Assembly (NCBI GenBank): GCA_964247055.1 | Contig: OZ176056.1 | Coordinates: forward strand, 5,766,001-5,830,000 | Reading direction: 5' to 3' | Length of the DNA: 64,000 nt | DNA from: Paragordius varius | Taxonomy: Eukaryota > Animalia > Nematomorpha | Shown here: piece by piece, positions 12,415 through 23,752 of the stretch | How the letters are laid out: each line of letters starts with the position of its first letter | How positions within the stretch are numbered: the stretch's first letter is position 1 | Notes under the pieces: model-generated | Databases searched by the model: none | Told to the model about the DNA's origin: nothing | What the model saw: the letters and a program-made list of their open reading frames with translations, nothing else | Made by a program: the position numbers and the translations under genes

Positions 12415-14380
12415 CTCAGGATAATCAATAACTAAACGATACATGCGGTTAAAATACTAAAAAATGTTATAGTAATGTTTCTGTTATTAACCAAAATCAA
12501 AAAAACGCATTTTTATGTATTAGGTCAAATAATATAATAATTTAAAATGCGTCATCTAAATTTTATTTGATCAAATATAGCATAAATTCTAGAAAAATAT
12601 TATTTTACACTTTTTCGGTAGATCCCATAAAGATTTACAAGAATATAAGAAAAAAATCGCACTTAAGCGTCAATTTTGAATCATAAAATTTAATAATATG
12701 CGGTAAAAGATTTAAATTTTTATAAAAACGTTCATGTATATACAGTAAATGTTAATTTTTAATATCATGAATTTTTTTTTTAATCCATGTGGCATTTTTT
12801 TTATCCTTTTAAAAGTTGTTTTACATGCATATAAAAAATAACACTTACATATATATTTAAATGTACTTACATGTCCCTTTTCGGTACACATATATGAGAG
12901 ATATTTAACATTGCAATATGTTCCTCTTCTCGCTACATTTCTTATTTGAGAAATGGTAACATTGCATATGTGTTTTGCCTACTTTGATAAATATTTAGGT
13001 TTGATATAACATTTTTTATAAAATTAGGTATTAATCAGTATGTTATGTGTTGTGCATACTTTGATTTTTAATTTATAAGTTTATATATATTTTTTTATAT
13101 AAAATATTAAGTTTTTATTATTTTGTCAAAAAGATAACCCAGACTCCAGAGCTCGAAAAAAGTCAGGAAAGATGCCATTTCAATGTGGAAGAATTGATTG
13201 AAAACTTAACTCAAATTCTTGAAAATATTCAGCACATTCATTTTCTTAAGTATTATGAGCACACCAAAAAAATTGTCAAAAATATTTGTTTAAATAAATT
13301 ACCACTTGTAAAATAATTAATTTTAAATGGTATTATTTTACCATTTTTCGTGACATTTCTCAGTTTAACTAATTTTAGGTGATATAGTGTTTTCAAAAAA
13401 AGTCAGCAAAATCAAATCAATATTTAAATTTGTATAATACAAGTTTTATTACGCACATAAGCGATTTATATGTTAATTTCAAATATATTTTTTTATAGTC
13501 TTTTCTGATATATTTTTTAATTAATTATTATAAACTTAATTTTATATAAAAAAAATTATATATAAAACCTAAAAAATTATTTAATGAAGTAGGCACAACA
13601 CATATGCAATGTTACCATTTCTATAATGAGATATGTAGCGAAAAGGGAAACATATTGCAATGTTAATATATATCTCATATATGTGTACCGAAAAGGGACA
13701 TGTAAGTACATTTAAATATATATGTAAGTGTTATTTTTTATATGCTTGTAAAACAACTTTTAAAAGGATAAAAAAATGCCACATGGATTAAAAAAAAAAT
13801 TCTTGATATTAAAAATTAACATTTACTGTATAAGTTACCCAATATATCGCCTTATAAACAAATCTACAGACTTTGGGTATAAAAATTTCCTAAATCAAAG
13901 TCTACGAAGATCATTTTTTTGGCATTGTTGTATGGAAATGTTTTTATATTATATATATTTGAATGGTTAAAATTATAAGCAATTTCCGCTTGCGTGCAAA
14001 TTAAGAAAAAAAATATTTTTTTATGAAACCTAAATTTTTTAATGTGATATTTTAATAAACATTATATAAGTTAGTATAGGATTGTTTCAATAAAATTAAA
14101 TAATTTACTGAATGTTTACAAATTTTTGTGATTCAAATTTGAGTGCGATTTTTTAGCTTATTTTCTTGCAAATCTTTCTGGACTCGGATAAAGTGTAAAA
14201 ATTCTTATAATATTTCTATGTTTGATTATATATAAAATTTAGTTTACGAATTTTCATTTGTAATTATTTTATTTGACCTGATATGCTATAAAAATGCTTG
14301 GCTTTGGCTAATTACAAAAAAATTAATATAATTTTCTAGTATTTTAACTGCATATATCATTTTAATATTCATTATTATGA
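12415..14380. mobile_element. Older diverged inverted-repeat element hosting element E1
   Basis: Arms 12415-12715 and 14115-14380 are diverged reverse complements, e.g. agatttacaagaatataagaaaaaaatcgcact versus agtgcgattttttagcttattttcttgcaaatct. Confidence 0.65.
12743..13828 (+). mobile_element. Tc1/IS630-like non-autonomous element E1 (1086 bp, ~240-bp TIRs)
   Basis: TA|CAGTAAATGTTAATTTT ... AAAATTAACATTTACTG|TA, with long TIRs. Internal frame 13134-13316 resembles a DDE_3 transposase C-terminus. Confidence 0.92.
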
Positions 14381-15206
14381 AGCTTTAAGCTATCGACTGA
14401 TGCAAATAACTATTGAATTATAATTATTATAAAAAATTTTATTCTTAAAGTTAGGCAGGTATTAGAGCCTTAAGGTCGGAATTTAGATTTATTTTAATGT
14501 TAAAAGTTTTATATAATTCATTACCAATTGAAACTAACTGCTATTAGAGGAATTTTTATGTTTTAAACGTAGCGACCATAAGGTTATATGAAATAAAGAA
14601 GAGTTATCCGATCATTCTATATAAAACCTTTAAAATTGATCCACCTTAGAAGTGAGACAGATATGAAAATAAAATGCAAATAAACTTATTATTATTATAA
14701 TATTTTGCTTTATAAACATTTATCCATAATTGACATTTATTGATTTATTTTGGGCCTTAAACTATAATTTAATGTTGATCTCGTGTGCTTTGACTTTGCC
14801 AGAGGTTTGTCAGTAGCCCATTGGGTCAGCTGTAATCTTAATAACATGTTCATTAATTTATGAGAAGGACACCTCCTATGATACGTTTTGCATTTTTATT
14901 CTATTTTTGTCAAAAATTTTTGGTTACGAATTTACTCTTGCATCAATTAATTTATTACTTTTGTATAACTTTCATTAAAAATCGATTTTATGCTTAATTT
15001 CACTATCTAATTTGTTTTCGTTGCCAGTACAACATTATATCGTAATCTTATTTTGATGACTAATTTTATAAATCGGTATCTTGCTTAACATTTCTCGTTT
15101 TTAGATATATATACTCATAGTATTGCTATCTATATATCATTAATTGATAGCGCCTTATGTCGATTATTTACACATTGAGCTTGTCATATATATATGTATA
15201 TATATA

Positions 15207-16292
15207 CAGTAAATGTTAATTTTTAATATCAAGAATTTTTTTTTTAATCCATGTGGCATTTTTTTATCCTTTTAAAAGTTGTTTTACAAGCATATAAAAA
15301 ATAACACTTACATATATATTTAAATGTACTTGCATGTCCCTTTTCGGTACACATATATGAGATATATATTAACATTGCAATATGTTTCCCTTTTCGCTAC
15401 ATATCTCATTATAGAAATGGTAACATTGCATATGTGTTGTGCCTACTTCATTAAATAATTTTTTAGGTTTTATATATAATTTTTTTTATAAAAAATTAAG
15501 TTTATAATAATTAATTAAAAAATATATCAGAAAAGACTATAAAAAAATATATTTGAAATTAACATATAAATCGCTTATGTGCGTAATAAAACTTGTATTA
15601 TACAAATTTAAATATTGATTTGATTTTGCTGACTTTTTTTGAAAACACTATATCACCTAAAATTAGTTAAACTGAGAAATGTCACGAAAAATGGTAAAAT
15701 AATACCATTTAAAATTAATTATTTTACAAGTGGTAATTTATTTAAACAAATATTTTTGACAATTTTTTTGGTGTGCTCATAATACTTAAGAAAATGAATG
15801 TGCTGAATATTTTCAAGAATTTGAGTTAAGTTTTCAATCAATTCTTCCACATTGAAATGGCATCTTTCCTGACTTTTTTCGAGCTCTGGAGTCTGGGTTA
15901 TCTTTTTGACAAAATAATAAAAACTTAATATTTTATATAAAAAAATATATATAAACTTATAAATTAAAAATCAAAGTATGCACAACACATAACATACTGA
16001 TTAATACCTAATTTTATAAAAAATGTTATATCAAACCTAAATATTTATCAAAGTAGGCAAAACACATATGCAATGTTACCATTTCTCAAATAAGAAATGT
16101 AGCGAGAAGAGGAACATATTGCAATGTTAAATATCTCTCATATATGTGTACCGAAAAGGGACATGTAAGTACATTTAAATATATATGTAAGTGTTATTTT
16201 TTATATGCATGTAAAACAACTTTTAAAAGGATAAAAAAAATGCCACATGGATTAAAAAAAAAATTCATGATATTAAAAATTAACATTTACTG
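15207..16292 (-). mobile_element. Element E2, inverted apparently identical copy of E1 (1086 bp)
   Basis: Same length. Shares arm-specific variants (atcatgaa/atcaagaa, acatgcat/acaagcat) and homopolymer lengths with E1. TA flanks. Confidence 0.92.
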
Positions 16293-16329
16293 TATTTAGT
16301 ATTATACGTTCCATTGAATATGTTTGTTA

Positions 16330-16470
16330 GAAGCCCTGAAGAATGATTGACGTCCCGCTGCCCTGAGGCGTGTAAAAGCGTAGGAAGGCGGTAAGGGTCG
16401 TCCTGTGCGGACAGTGACGGTAGAGAGCAAGGCTGTCACACCCTTTTCTGGGGATTGAAAATTCTGCAAG
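16330..16470 (+). other. GC-rich island with a predicted three-way junction (candidate structured RNA or TE relic)
   Basis: AAGGGT(16393)/ACCCTT(16440) encloses GTCC-tgtgc-GGAC and GTGACGG-12 nt-CTGTCAC (one G-U pair). No known RNA family recognised. Confidence 0.35.
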
Positions 16471-17221
16471 CGATATTGAATCATGGAATATTATTTTGAA
16501 AAATATCAAAGTTATACATTATAATTACTTGAACATTGGATTTTTGTGGTTACATTATAAATTAAAATCTATATTTTTATATTCATTATGTTGTGAATTG
16601 GTTATTTTATTTTTTATGTTGGGAAATAGTATATATTAATTTTTTTGTATTAATTTGTGATATGGCTTAGATCCATTTTGTTTGCTTTTTTAATTACTAA
16701 TACAAGCATTAAAGATTTTTATTTTAATTTTAGACTCTTATAATATAATGATTCTTAGATTGGCAGCATTTGTTATTTTACTTAATCTGCAGCTAAATTG
16801 CATAACATCTACTAAGTTTTTAGAATCTTAAACCAAATCTTGTCGATGAGTTTAATTTGTGACTTCTGTTCACTTAGTCTCTGATACAAATCTCCTTTTT
16901 TAACTTTGTTTAAGCTTTACTTACATATTTAGGTTTTTAGCAATAATGTAATAATTAATATTTAAAATTAGCAAAAATATTTACTTGAGATTGGTTCCAG
17001 AATAATTATTATTTTACTATTTTTTTGTATTAAAAGATTGTAGAAAAAATTCCTTTATCTCATGTTATTACTTATATATGGAATTAAAAAAACCATTTTT
17101 TGAAATAAACGTATAATAGCCGCTTAAAATATGACAAATTATGATATAATTCAAATGTTATTACCTTTTATTGACACATACAGTATGGATCACATGGATT
17201 CAAAAATATTCATACATCATT

Positions 17222-17326
17222 TCAAGAAATTTGAAAACAGAACCACAATTATTGCTAATATATCAGTATATAGCTGTTGTTAGGAACAAGGGTTACCCTA
17301 CATTTTTCATATCTTTAGCATGCAAT
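17222..17326 (+). mobile_element. Helitron Rep N-terminal (motif 1 region) relic
   Basis: Peptide PQLLLIYQYIAVVRNKGYPTFFISLACN resembles the Helitron consensus YQDAMAIVR.YG.P(D/T)(L/F)FITFTCN. Motifs 2 and 3 and the helicase were not found. Confidence 0.45.
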
Positions 17327-19649
17327 AAATACTATATCAGTGGTGTATATTTGGATTTAAAGAATGGAATTTATGTTACACATCATATGATCACATCATA
17401 CTCTGCGTAACAATGGTATTTTTTACAAAATCCAAATTAAATGCCACATCAGAGTTAATGTACTTCCATATAATTTGTTTTGAAATAAGTTAATAAAAAC
17501 AATCAATTTATGTGTAAAAGAAAATAAATTTTATTAAAAGACAGGATATTATAATGTTTGTAAAGAAAAGACGACCCCTATCATCTAACATTTTCGGTTA
17601 GGCTTATTTATAATATCTGAGGTTATTTGTAAGAATGAACTACTATAATAGAAATAAGAAATACAAATTTAATAATATTCTGCGCCTTTTAACGAAAACA
17701 AATGCGCTAATTGAAATCATTTTAAAAATAATGAATGGAATAGTTAATCAAGGTTTGGCCCATTCAGATGATCTCCCCAAAAATATATTATACATATCAA
17801 CAAGAAGATAACAAAAAACCGCCTTAATACATCCTATTTTAATAATATCTTGCTACTGTGTCATGGACAGATTTTGCTTAACCTCATGTTAAATTTTTAC
17901 AAAAAGTGAAAGATATCAACATATTTTATTAAGTTATACCCTAATTCTCTAAATTTTACGCAAAAGAAACCTATAGTCAATTACGTGGTCATGACTATGA
18001 ATAACATATTTTTTAAATAAAGCAGCTGGTTACATACAATAATTGGATGATTATGCTTGTTTTTGATGTTTTAGAATGGAAAATATTTATAAACATACTT
18101 GATTTTTGCCTTTAGCGAGCCTATCGTTTCGGGTGTTAATTTCATTACATTATGTGGTTCAATATGGTTTTTATATGGAACATAATTGACTTTGTATAGC
18201 ATACGAGATAAAATATTTATATATATTAAGCGAGTATTAAATGATATCCTCTAATAAAGGATTTTAACATAATTTATATGTGATAAGATGGATTGAATCT
18301 GATTTGATGGCAATTTACATATTAATTCTGGTTCAACCCTATTTTAACATGGCAATTTTTAACCCATATAAGTAGATATCAAATATATAAACGCACATCA
18401 TACTGTGAATCATCGTTCTTTTTTGTTTAGCTTAACGTGATTAGGTGTAGATTGTCATTTACATAAATTATACTGTCTTGTTACGTGATTATATTGTAAG
18501 ATCTCATTCATTCTATTTTGTTTGACTTAATATATATGCCATCATTAATAGTTAGATAAGTCGCTCGAAAATCTATCTTTTATTAAACTTTACAAGATAA
18601 TTAAAACATTTTTTGCAATAAATAAAAAAACAAATATTCTGTATAACCCACCATTATAGTCTATTCTGATCTTTAATCTTGTCTTATACCCTTACACTTC
18701 ATTTTCTTTTTTTAAAGGTAAGCATATTAGAATTCATATCTTATTAAATATTTTTACTTTATAATTTAAATTTTAGTTTATATTTTAATTTTATTACTTT
18801 GACAAAGATTACTTGTAGTAATCGAAATATTATAATAAATTTATATATTTCTTGCTGAATTATTGCATATATAATAATATCAATTTTTTATTTGCGGTTT
18901 GTCAATGGATCTAAATCTCTTTGCATGGGAGATTGCCAAGTTTTAAACGGTCAGCTTTGTTTTTTATGCCTAGTGAGTATAATTGGATTAGCTTTTAGCT
19001 TTAGGCTCAGATGGGAAGGCCCAACTTAAACGATATTCTCGGCATTAAGTGGTTTAAGGGCAAAATGGACCAAAAATTATAGATGTTTGGATTATTTGTA
19101 AAAAAAAGTGCATTCAAAATTTTCTCAACACCCTTTTGCAGTCAATGGGTTTATTGATTTTAAAAATAAAATAGAGAGGATAGACATTGTATTTTTTACT
19201 TGTTTGTTTTATTTGGGGAAAAAAAGTAGCATACGTGTAATGAATTACACACTTATCTGTATATAATGTCACTGCTTAAATATCCATAAAAACTTATAAC
19301 CGAACGAATGAATAAGAAAGTTTTACTAAGCATTTATAAACCGTAATCTACTATAAACCACCAAGATATTTATTATATAATGATTTGTATCTATAACTCG
19401 ATTTACATCGAATAATTCTATCATAAACCCTTTGACAAAAATGTAAATTTATACATAATATGTTGTTGTTAGCAAATAATATTATGTGATTTCGTAATCA
19501 ATTACAGGTTTTTTTACGACTAGATTAGATAAATGATATAAATTAGATTTTTTCCAATTTAACAATAGCTATACCATAACTTTAAATATTTCTGGAAATG
19601 ATATTTTATTAATTTGATTATAAGTGATATGCAGTCTTGTCTCTATATA

Positions 19650-19896
19650 TAAGGTGGCCAACACGCGGGTCTCATGGGCAAAATATTTACTAAATCTAAT
19701 AAATTGATTTTCTTAAACAAATTTTTTGAATAAATCATACCGTATTTTGGAATAAGCTAGCGAAAATCGTTAAAATAAATAGTAGATTAGTTTTTACAAT
19801 CTTATGTTTGAAATGCAATAAAATATTTTTCATTTCCCATATTAATGCGGTTTAGATTGCAAAATGCGGACCGAGCCATTTGTGTTGAGAACCCTG
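19650..19896. mobile_element. hAT (Charlie-type) MITE relic
   Basis: Left AAGGTGGCCAACACGCGGG; right GCGGACCGAGCC...GTTGAGAACCCTG. Confidence 0.6.
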
Positions 19897-20707
19897 ATTT
19901 TATAGTACAAATTAAATCTAGAAATCCTGTATTAAATTGTAATTGAGACCATAATTATAATACTGATATTGAAGAAAAATATATAATTTGTCATTTTATG
20001 ATATATATTTTTCTCATACTTTTATCCCTTTATATAATAAATAACCCTAATAAATGTCATTAAAATTAATTAGTTTTAAATTTTAACCCCTAAATTTTTA
20101 TTGTTAAATTAAAATTATGTTAAGTTAAAAAAATTTAGATTGTTAACATCATTATGAAAAATCTACTGGAATTTGTATCGAATATTACGGTAAGCATACT
20201 CAAATATAAAATGGTTTTTAAATTTGTAATTGTAGCGTCCTTGGACACTATTATATTAATAAACCATTTACACATCGAATCACACCTCTAACAATTATGA
20301 TTTTTTAGATAAAATAAATTTTTATATTTTTTAAAATTTTGTTAAAATAAAAATAATAGGAAAATAAACTATGCGATAAAGATACATATTAATGATTGAA
20401 AATACATAATGTGGGTGAATTTGTAAATGGTATATTTCAGAAAATTTAATTTTTTATGTATATTAATAAATTCCTTTTTTAAAACAAATTTAAGAAAAAA
20501 CATCATTTTTTTATTATTCTTAGAGCAAACCAATTGATAAATGTCGGGGTGTGTATGAAATAATAATCGCTTTTCCAAACCATGAAAAGTTTTGGAAATT
20601 GTACATTGGCGCAGAAATGAAAGCCAAAAATTACGAAAATGTTGAAAAGGTCAGCAAAATGGGCCAAAAGTTGATTGAACAAGGGGGATAAATCCTTTTT
20701 TAACAAA

Positions 20708-20750
<43 letters not shown>

Positions 20751-21315
20751 ATTTTTTGGCATTAACAGTTATTTGCACCTTACACATTCTTACCTTCATT
20801 AATATTTATATTGCAATACCTAATTCCCTATTATTTTTTAAACTATATCACTAAAATAATTAAAGTAACACGGTTTAACTATATATATAAATTTAATATA
20901 AAAATTTTTGCCATCCTTTAAAGGAAACATCGGCAGGCAAAATCTTGCTTGACAAAGCTTCTGACTTGCATACAAGGGCAACTAGTACATTTTTTCAATC
21001 TTCACTCTTGTTACACTTCGTTCAAGCCGATTTCGAAGAGGTATCCTTGAAAGAATTATATATTAAATTTTTGGACATTTATTTTAATTATCAGAATAAA
21101 ATTAGATGAGGGGAAATTGGACAAAAGTCGAAATTATATTTGAAAAATTGATTGATCTCAAAACAAAACTCGAACCCGATGATGTGACCTTGGTAAACTT
21201 TGATTAACTATTTTTTAATCATTTTACTGTGTTAACCAAATTTTTACAGCATCCATTTATAATTATCGTTTTTATGGAATTATATCAACTCAAAATATTT
21301 TTATTACATTTTAAG

Positions 21316-21459
21316 GTTTACATGCAATACATGAGATTTAACCGAAGACACAATGGCATAAAGGGTGCCCGGTTAGTTTTTAAAAAAGCCAGAGAAGATA
21401 CTCGAACTAAATATCACGTATTTACAGAATCGGCTCATATGGAATATTATTGCAATAAA
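21316..21459 (+). CDS. CSTF3: CSTF3 HAT-repeat exon (best conserved)
   Basis: AG|GTT...AAA|GT boundaries, 48 codons, matches [48 protein letters not shown]. Confidence 0.9.
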
Positions 21460-23457
21460 GTATAAAATGGCTTATTAATTTTCATAGAAGATGCTAGTGT
21501 TTCCTTAGTCCCATAAATTTTTATACTATTTTATTGTGCTTAGGACAAAAACATTGCAAAATATTTGAACTGAGTCTTAAACGTTTTGCCACAGAAATCG
21601 ATTATCTCATAGATTACATTGATTTTTCTTTATCATTAAATGGTATATACTTATTATTAACAATATAATGTTTTTACTTTTATATTTATATGGCTTTCAC
21701 TCATAATAATTTTTTTCATAAGCAGATTTTTTAATTCTCTTAAACGATTAGCTAATCTTGCAATATTCCGATTTTTGTGATAACCTTAAATTAGGATATC
21801 TCAAAATTTGTTTTTCCCACAAATTGATTTAAACAAGGGTATTTTCAATCTTATAATATTAATCGTACAAAAGCTTATTTTTTTATAACATCTGTAAAAT
21901 ATCACTGATATATATATATATTTAACTTTGCATATATTATTATATATAATTTGCTTTATTTTAGATGACAATAACCGCGTTTTGTTTGAAAGGCTAATTA
22001 GTTTAACGCATAATCAAATATCTACACAACATGCTGAGTAATTTTTCGTTGATATCTTAATGTTTAAACATAAATTACAAATGACTATTTTTTTTATAAT
22101 TTTTAATCAATATAGAGTATTATGGAATCTGTTTTTACAATTTAAGCAAGTTGGTGACCTACATAATACAGGGTATGAAAATGGAAACGTTTGTAAAAGC
22201 TGTATAATTGATATAAACACTATTCTTTATTAGTTTTTTTTTCGGTTTAACATAAAATCATATCACAAAAAAATTATTTTTAGAATGCCGAAGATCCTGA
22301 AGCCTATATTTGTGGACAAGTGATTGAAAAGTTTAGTGTTCGAGAGTTATTGCCTTGCAGTACGTTGGATTGCAAACTTATGCACTACATTCCTTCCATC
22401 TTGTTATATTCTACGTATACGGCCTCGGCTAATTTGCGAAATATAAATTTTGCAAATTAATTAAATGACACTGGTCACCTGCTATCGGATAATGGTATAT
22501 ACGCCATAATGTTAAATATCACATAATATTTGATATTAAATAATCATTTAGTTAGTGCGTATTTGGATCATTATTTGTAATGGAATATATACCGACGGTT
22601 AATGTTGGACCTCATGATGTGTTTTTTTTTCTTACAAAATAATTCGGTTCTTGTTTTTCTAAAGTAATTTATTACAAACAAAAGGACACCCTGATGGATT
22701 ATAAGAACAGCTAAATATTTTTATTTATTAATGGCAAAATATTTTATGTTTGAATAAAACGATATTAAATTTTTTTTGGATGGTCAGAAGAAGCATATTT
22801 TAATTAATTTTCACTATTTGGAAGCTTTTTTGTTTTTATTTGTTCGTTAATAATTTATATTTGTGTGATTTTACGTAGATTCCAAAATAAATCCCATATC
22901 ATCCATAAACATAATGATGCTTGACACGAGCCAAATGATACCTTTTAAACCGTTCAAGCATACTGGTAAAAATAATTATGGCTTTCAAATATGGCCATAT
23001 AATTAATTTGTTTAACACTATTTAAGTTTTATTCTTGGTGTTTACAACACAAATGTCTTCGCACGCCGCATTGTTAATTCAAAAGAACCGGTTGGCCCTA
23101 TTTGGAAAATATACAAGCATGAAAATTTTATTAGTTTAAGCATGATATTTGTAAAAGAATATGTGAAGACAATTAAACAAATCCAAAATTTCAGGTTAGT
23201 TCGTTGCCAAAATTTGGAAAGACTTACAAAGAAAAGTTATTGAAGTTATCATCAATATTTTTGCAAATTATGGAATTTTAAAGAATAATACATTTTATTT
23301 TAGCTTAACATAAAACAAAAATTTTTAGTGTATGGAGATCGTATGTTACCCATCCCAGGGGGACTTTTTGCTTATCCACCAGCAATAGAAGTTATGTTAA
23401 CAATGTTACCACAATCCAATTCATTCAATGTATTAGGGAACGAATTTGGGGGTATTA

Positions 23458-23752
23458 CAGTAAAAACTGTAGTTATACGAACAAAACGTAAAAAATAAAG
23501 ACATATATTTTTTTGCCAAAGACACCATACTTTTTAAAACTTTAATGTTCCCTGTATAAATTATTTATTTTTAATCGTAAAATATATAATTGATTTCGTT
23601 ACCAATTTACATCTATATCTTTTACTGTATAGTTTGAAACATTGATTCATCTTTGAAAAAAAAAAACAAAATTAAAAAGTTATGTTTCTCTTTTTAAAAA
23701 AAAAATTGTTTTTATATTTTTATATTTTGTTCGGTGATTTCATTTTATACTG
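23458..23752. mobile_element. Small Tc1/mariner-like MITE in a CSTF3 intron
   Basis: TA|CAGT ... ACTG|TA; homologous to 6463-6695. Confidence 0.65.

Noticed and set aside
16335-16465. Hammerhead ribozyme (CTGAAGA ... GAAA) or telomerase CR4/5 in the GC island
   Set aside because: Stems II and III do not pair at the core. On the plus strand the hairpin order is reversed relative to P6/P6.1, and on the minus strand the loop lacks the conserved U and G.
20126-20300. Possible first CSTF3 exon near a GTAAGC donor at ~20190
   Set aside because: No frame resembles the expected NPYD..AW..LI.EAQ segment.
20369-20706. Minus-strand ORFs 20369-20578 and 20503-20706
   Set aside because: Antisense shadows of the CSTF3 exon at 20524-20649.
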